A DNA stretch of 32,000 nt from Nitrosococcus oceani ATCC 19707 (GTDB taxonomy: Bacteria; Pseudomonadota; Gammaproteobacteria; Nitrosococcales; Nitrosococcaceae). The stretch is taken from assembly GCF_000012805.1 (NCBI RefSeq), contig NC_007483.1:8421-40420 (forward strand), in the 5' to 3' direction. Both the position numbers and the translations under genes were made by a program. Of the stretch, positions 1 to 8,539 are shown one piece after another. The notes under the pieces were generated by a model. The model was not told the origin of the DNA. It saw nothing but the letters and a program-made list of their open reading frames with translations, and ran no database searches. The first letter of the stretch is position 1. Each line of letters starts with the position of its first letter.

Positions 1-479
1 CCAGCTCCACCACCCGAATCGCCGGCCGCATGTCCAATAGCCGCGCCCAGTCCTGCTCCTACCGCAGCTCCAGCCACAGCACCCACAACAGCGCCAGTCA
101 CCGCAGTAGTGCCAATGGATGAACGGCGGACATGCTGTGCGGACTTTCCGAGGGAATAAGCAGCAGTCATCTCTCCGTTCGCAACGACACCAAATATTTG
201 TTGGGCGTTAATCTCAAATTCTTTTGTACCCTTATTCTCAACGATTAAATGAACAGGAAGAATGTTTGCCGTTTTCAAATCCGTTCCGAAAATCGCTTTG
301 GAACGATCAGGAGAATCAATGGGGATCATGGCAATATCCAGTCCATCAATTTGCTGGTGATTAGCATAATGAGCTGGAGATTTAAAAGACACGGTGTCCG
401 TATTCAAAGGCGCGGCACACCCCAACAGAATTAAGGGGAGGATTCCTAGCCACCTAGCGTTGAGCACAGGGCATTCCAT
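1..479 (-). CDS. Lipoprotein with C-terminal glycine-zipper-like segment (partial; 3' end lies outside the window)
   Basis: Absent from the ORF track because it runs off the window edge. The reverse strand from ATG 479-477 reads MECPVLNARWLGILPLILLGCAAPLNTD... (lipobox LLGC) with no stop down to position 1. The distal part is Gly/Ala-rich (TAVTGAVVGAVAGAAVGAGLGAAIGHAAGDSGGGAG). Its start overlaps the upstream gene's 3' end by 26 nt. Confidence 0.6.
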   Translation of the reverse strand, partial: MECPVLNARWLGILPLILLGCAAPLNTDTVSFKSPAHYANHQQIDGLDIAMIPIDSPDRSKAIFGTDLKTANILPVHLIVENKGTKEFEINAQQIFGVVANGEMTAAYSLGKSAQHVRRSSIGTTAVTGAVVGAVAGAAVGAGLGAAIGHAAGDSGGGA

Positions 480-1137
480 TATTTTTTTGCTCCCACTTGG
501 CTAGGTAATTGTGCAAGTTGGATGATTTATTCATCTGACCAAGAAGGTCGCCGATGGCTTTGTCAATCGCGCTGCTCATGGTAGAAGCAAAACCTCTTCC
601 AGCTTCTTGATAGGTCATTTGACCCATCTCCTGAGATCCACCTTCTTCCTTCGCTTGGGTCGTACCCACCCATATTGTTCTGTTCTCTTGCGCATCCTGG
701 ATTTCTGCCCGGATGGAAAGGCGAGAGTAGGCCTCTGTTGAAATAGTTGCAAATCCTGTCCGCATGGCCATATTGACATCCATATCCTGTAAGCTAACGC
801 GCATGAGCGCATCCACTGGCTCCGGCCCAGAATAACTCAGCGTATCGATAATATGGATAGTCCGAAAATTATATGCGAGCGCTTTAACTAATTTCGCCGA
901 GAATGCTCTCCCTATGTCAAAGGAGAATTCTCCCATTCTAATTTTCTGCTCTACGTTTAAGTTCTTGAGCTTCGGATCAAGATAAAGGGCCAAAGAAACA
1001 TCGCGCATATTAATCTGCCGCATATTCTCGAAGGCATCCATACCCAGGCTGGAGTCAAGAGAAGGAGCTACCTTAACGGTGCATCCCGCTACTCCGATAA
1101 AGGCGACGATGATCAATGAAAAAAATTTGTTTTTCAT
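454..1137 (-). CDS. Putative lipoprotein, family not recognised
   Basis: 227-aa ORF. The N-terminus MKNKFFSLIIVAFIGVAGC is a signal peptide plus lipobox. It is co-oriented and overlapping with the downstream lipoprotein gene. Confidence 0.7.
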   Translation of the reverse strand: MKNKFFSLIIVAFIGVAGCTVKVAPSLDSSLGMDAFENMRQINMRDVSLALYLDPKLKNLNVEQKIRMGEFSFDIGRAFSAKLVKALAYNFRTIHIIDTLSYSGPEPVDALMRVSLQDMDVNMAMRTGFATISTEAYSRLSIRAEIQDAQENRTIWVGTTQAKEEGGSQEMGQMTYQEAGRGFASTMSSAIDKAIGDLLGQMNKSSNLHNYLAKWEQKNNGMPCAQR

Positions 1138-1435
1138 ATTATGACCTTGAATAACAATCTAGGCTTAAGATAACCCGTTCCTGGAAGGAAAAGGCCTTGC
1201 TCTCGCTTAGTTATCGTCATCTCAGTGGAAGTGCTTAATTTCACAATACATATCACTTTTGGCTTTCATCAGAATACGATCATCAGATAAATACCATTAA
1301 GCTTACCTGGATCATCCCTATCACCATCCGGTTCTTCGAACTCCTTGTCAATTGCAGGTAAGGACAATATGGTTTCCATCGCCGTATTTTTGGAAGTTGC
1401 TTTCCTTGCCATATTTGTTATACAAGGTGACTAAG

Positions 1436-2209
1436 ATGACAAAAACTACAACCATTGCCTTAGCAAACCAAAAGGGAGGCGTAGGAAAAACCACTACGGT
1501 GGTCAACCTAGCCTATGCGCTCTCTCAGCAGGGAAAACGGGTGCTAGCAGTAGATATGGACCCCCAGGCAAGTCTCACCCTCTACTGTGGCCACGATCCC
1601 AGAGTACTAGAGCAGCAAAAACACACCATCTATTGGGGACTCATAAAAGCCGGTGGTCTTGCTAATCTGGTGATCACCGGAACCCCCGCTCTCCTTCCTT
1701 CAAGCATCCAATTAGCTAAGGCGGAACCGGAATTAGCCCGGGAGTGGGACTCAATTTCTATCCTTAAGGAAAAACTGCGCGAAATCGAAAATGATTACGA
1801 TTTTATCCTCATTGACTGTCCGCCAACGCTCGCGCTGCTTACTATCAATGCGCTTACTACAGCCGATGCGGTATTGATACCCGTCAAGACGGACTATCTC
1901 TCAATCATGGGTATTCCTCTCATGTTAGAAACTATTGAAGACGTGAGACGACGCCCCAACCCGCGCCTTGAGATCATCGGTGTACTGCCGACCATGTTCG
2001 ATGTGCGCAATAGTCACGACAACGAAGCCCTTGCCGAACTTCGCAACTCTTTGGAACCGGATATTCATGTCTTCGATCCTATCAGCCGCAGCACCAGTTT
2101 TGATAAATCAGCCGCGGAGGGGCGTTCTACCCTTGAACTCCTCCCCAATGCCCCTGCGGCGCAGAATTACTTCCAACTAGCTAATCATCTGGTGACGCAC
2201 TATGGCTAA
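1436..2209 (+). CDS. parA: ParA/Soj-family partition ATPase
   Basis: ORF 1352-2209; the probable start is ATG 1436 (MTKTTTIALANQKGGVGKTTT, deviant Walker A KGGxGKT). ILIDCPP is a Walker B-like motif. The stop overlaps the parB start by 8 nt. Confidence 0.9.
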   Translation: MTKTTTIALANQKGGVGKTTTVVNLAYALSQQGKRVLAVDMDPQASLTLYCGHDPRVLEQQKHTIYWGLIKAGGLANLVITGTPALLPSSIQLAKAEPELAREWDSISILKEKLREIENDYDFILIDCPPTLALLTINALTTADAVLIPVKTDYLSIMGIPLMLETIEDVRRRPNPRLEIIGVLPTMFDVRNSHDNEALAELRNSLEPDIHVFDPISRSTSFDKSAAEGRSTLELLPNAPAAQNYFQLANHLVTHYG

Positions 2210-3056
2210 AAAAATTTCACCCCTTGCCGGCAAGATTAATCGAAACGTATTTTTTCATACCTCCCTGGATCTGCCGCGCATCATAGAGGTGGATCTCAGC
2301 AATCTCAGGGAGAATCCCGATCAACCCCGTAAAACCTTTGACGAGACGGCTTTGCAAGAGCTTGCCGCCTCCATAGAGCAACACGGATTAATTCAGCCTA
2401 TCGCTGTTGCATCCGATCCGGAAAATAAAGAGGGTTACATGGTGGTGGCCGGTGAGCGCCGGTTGCGGGCTTTTAAGCGGCTTGGGCGTGAGACCATCCC
2501 AGCCATCGTTACCCAGGGGAACCGTGATGAGATCGCCTTGATTGAAAATCTTCAACGCGAAAACCTCAATCCACTTGAAGAAGCGGAAGCGTTAGCACAA
2601 ATTATGAGCCGCCATGCGTACACTCAAAATGAGGTAAGTAAGGTCATCGGCAAAGCTAGAAATACGGTGAATGAGCTTTTGCGCCTCAACACGCTGCCTC
2701 AAGGCATTAAAGAGGAGTATCGGAGTCGGACGTCCGACTCTGGGGTGTCGAAGTCAGCGCTTATTGAGCTGACTAGGATAAAAAACAAAGACGAACAATT
2801 GAATCTTTGGGAAGAATTAAAGGCAGGGGCCACCGTGCGGACTGCTAGAAAAGCAAAAAAAGAGGAAATAACCAGCAAGACGCCTTCTTCTCCAGCCATG
2901 CAACTGCTTTCTGCTGGGAAAGGATTTACCAAGAAACTGGCGGGGATTGCTCCTCACGAATTAAACAGTGAGCATTTTTATACGTTGCTTAAATTACGCG
3001 AGCAGATAGATAAATTAATTAATACCCTAGAGGAAGAAGGTGGCGGGCGATTTTAG
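2202..3056 (+). CDS. parB: ParB/Spo0J-family centromere-binding protein
   Basis: 284-aa ORF with the ParB N-terminal box (LIQPIAV...VVAGERRLRAFKRLG) and a central HTH-like segment. It is translationally coupled to parA. Confidence 0.9.
   Translation: MAKKISPLAGKINRNVFFHTSLDLPRIIEVDLSNLRENPDQPRKTFDETALQELAASIEQHGLIQPIAVASDPENKEGYMVVAGERRLRAFKRLGRETIPAIVTQGNRDEIALIENLQRENLNPLEEAEALAQIMSRHAYTQNEVSKVIGKARNTVNELLRLNTLPQGIKEEYRSRTSDSGVSKSALIELTRIKNKDEQLNLWEELKAGATVRTARKAKKEEITSKTPSSPAMQLLSAGKGFTKKLAGIAPHELNSEHFYTLLKLREQIDKLINTLEEEGGGRF
2723..2740. promoter_or_regulatory. Candidate parS centromere site, copy 1 (18-bp perfect palindrome GAGTCGGACGTCCGACTC, inside parB)
   Basis: Perfect 18-bp palindrome read directly. 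An identical copy lies at 3138-3155, just downstream of parB. Confidence 0.55.
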
Positions 3057-3137
3057 GCTGTCCTTGGGATTAATTTCATCTCTTTTAAGCATGGATGAAC
3101 TCAACAGACGGCCTCTTGGTAAAACCCAATTCCTACA

Positions 3138-3155
3138 GAGTCGGACGTCCGACTC
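3138..3155. promoter_or_regulatory. Candidate parS centromere site, copy 2 (GAGTCGGACGTCCGACTC)
   Basis: Identical 18-bp palindrome 82 bp after the parB stop. A half-site GAGTCGG recurs at 3328-3334. Confidence 0.55.
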
Positions 3156-3767
3156 CAAGATAGAGCAGAGGTAATTCTGCTCTCCGAGCTTAAAATTCTA
3201 ATGCGTGGAGATCACCATTCTATGCCCACGCTATTCTTTACCTAAATGATCGCGAGCTACCCCTGTTCCTTGTAGTAACTGGGGCAGAGAAAATTTGCTA
3301 GCTGGTTTTTCCTCTCTCTGTTTTTTCGAGTCGGCACTCAACACAACCCCACGGTATGGAGGGATCTGTACTTTATAAGAATGAAATCCTTTCGGCGGAA
3401 AGCGCGGAACAGAATGACCGGCTCGTAAAACCGTTATCCGATTTACTAAGGAAAACCCCTTCACCCCAAAAGGTGAACCCTATCACATTACTTTGAAACC
3501 TGTTGGACGAGGTTTTGATGGATAATCACTAAAACTAGGGTTTTAGTAACTTTGATTTGAAGATGATGGAATATCGGTGTTTTTTAGCTGTTATATAGGC
3601 GATTTTTTGCCAGACACCCCCATAATTACGAAAATGGGTTTCAACTCTAAAGCACTAAAATAGTAATTTCAGTAAATCGCAAATCCGGCGCTTATGGTAC
3701 TGTAAGCGCAACAGGAGATTAAAAGCCGCATGGAGAACGCGGCCCGATTCTGAACCGGGGAGGCATT

Positions 3768-4706
3768 GTGACAATGGAGAAAAAAGCCGTTGATTTCTGG
3801 CAGGCACGAAAAGACTTCCTGGCGCATCTGCATTACGCCAAGGGGTACAGTCAGGGGACCTGCTATGCCTACAACTCGGACCTGGGCATTTGGGGCCGCT
3901 GGCTGGCAGAAGTGGGCAAGGACTGGTGTCAGGCCACCCATGCAGACACCGAGAAGTTTGTGGCCTGGCAGATGCGGGAGCGGGGCGCCAAGGCGCACAT
4001 CGTGGCCCGCCGCTCCAGTTGCCTAGGCTCGTTCTACAAATGGGCCATGAAGAATGCCCTGGTGGAATCAGACCCCATCTATCTCGCTGATAAGCCCAAG
4101 CGTCCCTATCGCATCCCCGTCTGGCTAGAGAAGGAAGAGCAACAAGCGCTCCAGGAAGCGACCCAGCGGATAGACAATTTACCCGAGAATATCTTCGGGC
4201 GTACCCAGGAGCATATTAAAGCGGTCCGGCGTCGCTATGATGTCCTGTTTGGCCTTATTCTCAACAGCGGCCTGCGAATCAGCGAAGCTCTGGCCGTGAA
4301 AGTCCGGGATGTGCGGGTGATGAACGGGATCGCTAAATCCGTGCGGATCATCGGCAAGGGCAACCGGGAACGGCTGGTGCCACTACCGGAAGCCTTCGGC
4401 CAAGTATTCGGGGCTTGGCTACAGGGCAGGGAAGGGGACGATTTCGTGTTCGCCAAAGCCCCGGGGGGAAAACCGCCTGGACCCCATGCGGCGCGGGCCT
4501 ATTTGCGGCGGCTCATTGAACGGGCGGGCATCGACAAGCCCGTGACTCCCCACAAGCTGCGTCATACTTACGCCACGCGGCTACTAGAATCAGGTGCCGA
4601 GTTGGTGGACATCCAGGCTTTGCTGGGGCACGTGGATTTATCCACCACCCAGATTTACACCCATGTGAGCGAGGAGCGGATGGCCGGGGTGGTGGCGAAG
4701 TTGTAG
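3768..4706 (+). CDS. Tyrosine site-specific recombinase (XerC/XerD-like integrase)
   Basis: 312-aa ORF with an N-terminal SAM-like core-binding region. The catalytic-domain signatures are GLRISEAL (Arg I), HKLRHTYATRLL (H-x-x-R) and LLGHVDLSTTQIYTHV (His, Tyr nucleophile). RBS GGGGAGG lies upstream. The block is GC-rich relative to its flanks. Confidence 0.9.
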   Translation: MTMEKKAVDFWQARKDFLAHLHYAKGYSQGTCYAYNSDLGIWGRWLAEVGKDWCQATHADTEKFVAWQMRERGAKAHIVARRSSCLGSFYKWAMKNALVESDPIYLADKPKRPYRIPVWLEKEEQQALQEATQRIDNLPENIFGRTQEHIKAVRRRYDVLFGLILNSGLRISEALAVKVRDVRVMNGIAKSVRIIGKGNRERLVPLPEAFGQVFGAWLQGREGDDFVFAKAPGGKPPGPHAARAYLRRLIERAGIDKPVTPHKLRHTYATRLLESGAELVDIQALLGHVDLSTTQIYTHVSEERMAGVVAKL

Positions 4707-4787
4707 CCCATGGGAAGAGGTGATCTTGATGGCTGTAAGTTGTAGAGCTTAGATCTTAGATGGGGTTGAAAGTCTTTCCAACTTCAA

Positions 4788-5156
4788 TCAGAAGGTGACA
4801 CCCAACTCTTTCTCGGCGCAGCTTTGACAAATCTCTTGATCCAGCATGTGACCGGCGTTTACTCGTTCTTTGCAATGCCTACAGACACGGAAAAACCGCG
4901 ACGTTTCAAGCGCCTTCATTTGGGCTGCCGCAAGTCGCTCGTTTGTAGGAGGTCTGGACCACTGGCGAAAAGCCTTCCAACTGAGTTCCGGGCTATGGCT
5001 ATGTGCTCCGCCCCATGTGACCACGCCTACTTCGAGAACGGTTTTGCCGTCTCTTTCCGCTAGGCGAGTGAATTCGCTAATAAGCTCATCGTCGGTCATC
5101 GCTCGTGGCCCCTGTGCATTATGATGGCTTTTTTTGTGGGTAATATCTCTGGGCAT
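4788..5156 (-). CDS. Hypothetical protein with C-terminal CxxC...CxxC zinc-ribbon-like motif
   Basis: 122-aa ORF. The C-terminus CRHCKERVNAGHMLDQEICQSCAEK carries two CxxC pairs. No family recognised. Confidence 0.5.
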   Translation of the reverse strand: MPRDITHKKSHHNAQGPRAMTDDELISEFTRLAERDGKTVLEVGVVTWGGAHSHSPELSWKAFRQWSRPPTNERLAAAQMKALETSRFFRVCRHCKERVNAGHMLDQEICQSCAEKELGVTF

Positions 5157-5302
5157 TGCAAGTACAACTCCGATTTTAAGGTAGTATTTCTGTACTCAGA
5201 ATAGTCTGGCCCTTTCACCTTACGGACCTGCACGTTCAGGAGGAGTACGAGCACAAATGGTAGAGCTTCTTCCTAGAACCAGAACACACTTAATTTAATT
5301 CC

Positions 5303-5341
5303 TGGAATATACCTTTTCGAAGGGATCTGCAAAAAACCCCA
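5303..5341. repeat. Left copy of a 39-bp inverted repeat (TGGAATATACCTTTTCGAAGGGATCTGCAAAAAACCCCA)
   Basis: The reverse complement of 6389-6427 matches with one mismatch (A/G at the 19th base). Flanks diverge on both sides. Confidence 0.85.
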
Positions 5342-5485
5342 CGTTGGACGCGGATTATTCACCACAGTCTGCATGTGACATCGTGCTCGATCCGAATTGC
5401 TTGGGGACTCGTATCTATCAGTGTACGTTCGGAATTCGCCGTGCGTAGGCTTCTGATTAATTTAGTGACAGTACGGAGACGAGCC

Positions 5486-6244
5486 ATGAACAAAACAAGA
5501 CAGTTGTTTTCACCACGCACGAACAGCACCCATATCCGCACTTGGGCGGGCATTGTAGCAGCAGCTAGTGTGCTCGGGTTCACCTCGGGCACCATTGCTC
5601 AGCAGCCCAGCCAATTCGTAAGCCCCGGCTCAATCTCGGCTATCGAGAGCGGAACGGTAATTAACCTGCAGCGATCACTCTACACTGCTAAATTCACCTG
5701 TGGTATTTGGGATGAAGGACTGCAAGTCGGCAAGACCGCTGCGCAACTCAACAAGGGACTGGGTGCCGGTCCGCCGCTTCCACCGGAATACCTGACGCCG
5801 CCGCTGCTTGCCCAGCAGCTTCCGCCACCCTACTACCATGACTTCCAGCCGGGCAGCTACTCGACCGCGCTCAACATCTTTAATCCCACACTGCGTCCGG
5901 TGGACGTGCAGGTGAAGATCTCCTCGGACAGTCTGTCCGGCCCGATAGTGGTCGCAACAAAGAGCATCAACTCGCTCGAAGCCACCAGGATTGGTTGCTC
6001 AGATATCGAGGCCATCCTGCCGAACAGCTTTGCAGGTGAGCTGGTGGAGGGTTTCTTCCACATCACTCGCTTCAGGACCGATCTCCACGTGCAGGCGGTA
6101 TACACTTACTCTACGATAGCTGCTTTCCAGGAGTTCCGCGGCGGTTTCGTAGAAGCAGCCGGCGCAGGTGCTGGTGCTGGCGGCCTGGGCCTTGGCGCAT
6201 CGGTCGACATCGAAACGGTCAAACCGATAGGGATTGGCTTCTAA
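5486..6244 (+). CDS. Secreted hypothetical protein with Gly/Ala-rich C-terminus
   Basis: ORF 5375-6244; the probable start is ATG 5486 (MNKTRQLF...WAGIVAAASVLGFTSGTIAQQ, signal-peptide-like). It contains YTAKFTCG and PGSYSTALNIFNP motifs, which resemble a conserved uncharacterised family from memory. It ends in a GAGAGAGGLGLG tail. Confidence 0.6.
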   Translation: MNKTRQLFSPRTNSTHIRTWAGIVAAASVLGFTSGTIAQQPSQFVSPGSISAIESGTVINLQRSLYTAKFTCGIWDEGLQVGKTAAQLNKGLGAGPPLPPEYLTPPLLAQQLPPPYYHDFQPGSYSTALNIFNPTLRPVDVQVKISSDSLSGPIVVATKSINSLEATRIGCSDIEAILPNSFAGELVEGFFHITRFRTDLHVQAVYTYSTIAAFQEFRGGFVEAAGAGAGAGGLGLGASVDIETVKPIGIGF

Positions 6245-6270
6245 CGGGAGCATCAATAATTGCGGGGTAA

Positions 6271-6564
6271 TCATGTAGCCCGCTTGAGTTCATCGGTCTC
6301 ATCATGACAATCAAAGCCAGGATACCATTCGGCAAATCTTGTCTTCAGTTCGCCGTTTAAGAGTCGGGCGCGCATTTGCACCAATAGATGGGGTTTTTTG
6401 CAGATCCCCTCGAAAAGGTATATTCCAAAAATTATTCGGCTAAGTTCTGTTGAAGCGCGACCTGCGCTAATTTCTAAATGATGGCTGAGGTATCCTGAAA
6501 AAAATGGACACCCCTGATAGGTTAAAATAACTGATTGAGGAGGCAGAGAATGGAACTTAAACAA
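6271..6564 (-). CDS. Small hypothetical ORF that reads across the right inverted repeat
   Basis: 97-aa ORF. The residues GIYLFEGICKKPH are encoded by the repeat, and the same peptide is encoded on the plus strand by the left copy. Coding status is uncertain. Confidence 0.3.
   Translation of the reverse strand: MFKFHSLPPQSVILTYQGCPFFSGYLSHHLEISAGRASTELSRIIFGIYLFEGICKKPHLLVQMRARLLNGELKTRFAEWYPGFDCHDETDELKRAT
6389..6427. repeat. Right copy of the 39-bp inverted repeat
   Basis: See 5303-5341. The copies are about 1.05 kb apart and enclose the single gene 5486-6244. Confidence 0.85.
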
Positions 6565-6816
6565 GACGATACGCCGGAGTTTTGGGCAGAGGCGATGAAG
6601 CGAGTATTAGAGTATTATAAACAAGGGTTATCGTTGGCGGAGGCTGCCGAGCGGTTATCGATTCCGAAAGTGACCTTAACGACATGGGGTCAGCAAAGCC
6701 AAAGGGGGAAAGCGCCAGCGGCGCCACTCGTGCCTTGGCTACCTGGCCCCGGCTGTGTTTGCTCAAAACTTCCGCAAACCACAGGGGGTTACCTGAAACA
6801 GGAGCGTCCACGATGA
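6550..6816 (+). CDS. Small HTH protein or transposase-N-terminus-like fragment
   Basis: MELKQDDTPEFWAEAMKRVLEYYKQGLSLAEAAERLSIPKVTLTTW resembles the HTH N-termini of IS transposase or terminase-small-like proteins. The remainder is low complexity, so this is possibly a remnant. Confidence 0.35.
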   Translation: MELKQDDTPEFWAEAMKRVLEYYKQGLSLAEAAERLSIPKVTLTTWGQQSQRGKAPAAPLVPWLPGPGCVCSKLPQTTGGYLKQERPR

Positions 6817-6872
6817 CCAGGACACCTCAGTCACGATTGAAGGTTTGGAGACCCATGCCATCGTCCACAGCC

Positions 6873-8336
6873 ATGAAGCATCAGGATATCGGTTGGCATT
6901 TTGATAACACCTATGCGCAGCTGCCCGACCACTTTTACACGAAGCTGCATCCGGTTCCGGTGCATGAACCACGCCTTGTCATTGTCAATAATGCCCTGGC
7001 AGAAGAACTAGGATTAAATCTCAAAGCCTCCTCTGAGGATGAATTAGCGCAGCTTTTTTCAGGCAATCAGCTTCCAGAAGGTGCAGAGCCTCTGGCGCAG
7101 GCCTACGCCGGGCATCAGTTTGGCCATTTTACCTATTTGGGTGATGGGCGGGCCCATTTAATCGGCGAGCATCTCACCCCAGACGGTAAACGGGTGGATA
7201 TTCAGTTCAAAGGCTCGGGCCAAACACCCTATGCCCGGCGCGGTGATGGGCGTGCAGCGTTGGGTCCGATGCTGCGAGAGTATATCATCAGCGAAGCCAT
7301 GCATGCGCTGGGCATCCCTACCACCCGTAGTCTTGCGATAGCCACCACCGGCGAATCTGTTTACCGGGAAACGGTACTGCAAGGAGCGATTCTGACCCGC
7401 GTCGCATCCAGTCACTTGCGTGTGGGCACATTTGAATATCTGGCCGCACAAGAAGATAAAGCAGGCCTGAAGCAACTTACTGATTATGCTATACAGCGCC
7501 ATTATCCAGAAATAATAGACTCTGATACTCCCTATCTTGAGCTGCTCAAGGCCGTCATGGCTTGCCAGATAAAACTTATCACCGAATGGCTGCGAGTAGG
7601 GTTTATTCACGGCGTGATGAACACGGACAATATGGCCGTTTCCTGTCAGACCATTGATTATGGCCCCTGTGCATTCATGGATAGCTATGATCCCAACACC
7701 GTGTTCAGCTCCATCGACCACATGGGGCGTTATGCCTATGCCAATCAGCCCCGTATCGCGCAGTGGAACTTAGCACGGTTTGCTGAAGCTATCCTTCCGC
7801 TACTGCATGAAAATATTGAGAAGGCTGCCGCAATGGCAGAGGAAGTCATCCAGTCATTTAAGGCATTATTTCAGCAGGAATGGCTAGCAATGATGCGTCG
7901 CAAGCTGGGGCTGTTCGGTGAAGAAAAAGAAGATAGGGAATTCATCACCGGGCTTCTGCAATGGATGCAACGCAGTCATGCGGATTATACCAATACATTC
8001 CGTGATTTGATGGATGAGCATTTTCCCGAAGAGCCACACTATCAGGATCAAGAATTCAAACATTGGTACGATAGATGGCAACAGCGGCTGGAACATAACA
8101 CCAACCCGTTCCCATCCTCCCTGTGCCTCATGGGTGCGACCAACCCGGTGGTCATACCCCGTAATCATCGTGTAGAAGCAGCGCTTAACGCTGTAGAACA
8201 GAACGCTGACTTCTCAAAGCTACATGAATTGCTGGATGTGCTGTCTGAGCCCTATAAAGATAAAGAGAAATACACTGAATTCAAAAACCCTCCTGCGCCG
8301 AAAGAACGGGTGTACCAAACCTTTTGTGGTACTTGA
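6873..8336 (+). CDS. selO: SelO/YdiU-family protein adenylyltransferase (AMPylating pseudokinase fold)
   Basis: ORF 6684-8336; the family-typical start is MKHQDIGWHFDNTYAQLPDHFY at ATG 6873, giving 487 aa. Hallmarks are GHQFGHFTYLGDGRAHLIGE, FKGSGQTPYARRGDGRAALGPMLREY, and HGVMNTDNM with the IDYGPCAFMD region. Confidence 0.9.
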   Translation: MKHQDIGWHFDNTYAQLPDHFYTKLHPVPVHEPRLVIVNNALAEELGLNLKASSEDELAQLFSGNQLPEGAEPLAQAYAGHQFGHFTYLGDGRAHLIGEHLTPDGKRVDIQFKGSGQTPYARRGDGRAALGPMLREYIISEAMHALGIPTTRSLAIATTGESVYRETVLQGAILTRVASSHLRVGTFEYLAAQEDKAGLKQLTDYAIQRHYPEIIDSDTPYLELLKAVMACQIKLITEWLRVGFIHGVMNTDNMAVSCQTIDYGPCAFMDSYDPNTVFSSIDHMGRYAYANQPRIAQWNLARFAEAILPLLHENIEKAAAMAEEVIQSFKALFQQEWLAMMRRKLGLFGEEKEDREFITGLLQWMQRSHADYTNTFRDLMDEHFPEEPHYQDQEFKHWYDRWQQRLEHNTNPFPSSLCLMGATNPVVIPRNHRVEAALNAVEQNADFSKLHELLDVLSEPYKDKEKYTEFKNPPAPKERVYQTFCGT

Positions 8337-8539
8337 TAAGTCTCTGTTGGTTGCAAAAACTCTGTCATCGGGCGAGGATGGGGATTGAAGTCCAACGGAA
8401 CGAAAACGTACGCTAAGCCGTTGACATTGTTTTCTATAATAGACCAGAAGCGCGGCATGGGAAAAATCTCGCTAGGAAAAGACGAACCTGGCGCAGTCTG
8501 TCAAAGCACAGAATATCCGATATGGACACCGGAGCATGC

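Noticed and set aside
249-434. 61-aa plus-strand ORF
   Set aside because: It lies antisense inside the better-supported minus-strand lipoprotein gene (1-479), and its composition is not protein-like.
3231-3464. 77-aa minus-strand ORF in the parB-integrase spacer
   Set aside because: It has no RBS, an odd composition and no recognisable motif. The spacer 3057-3767 is left unannotated apart from the palindromes.
6684-6872. N-terminal 63-codon extension of the SelO ORF
   Set aside because: SelO-family proteins begin near the MKHQDIGWHFDNTYAQLP block. The extension is low complexity and overlaps the HTH ORF in another frame.
8421-8440. TTGACA ... TATAAT hexamers that look like a consensus sigma-70 promoter
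   Set aside because: The spacer is only 8 nt instead of 16-18, so this cannot work as a standard promoter. It lies between convergent gene ends.
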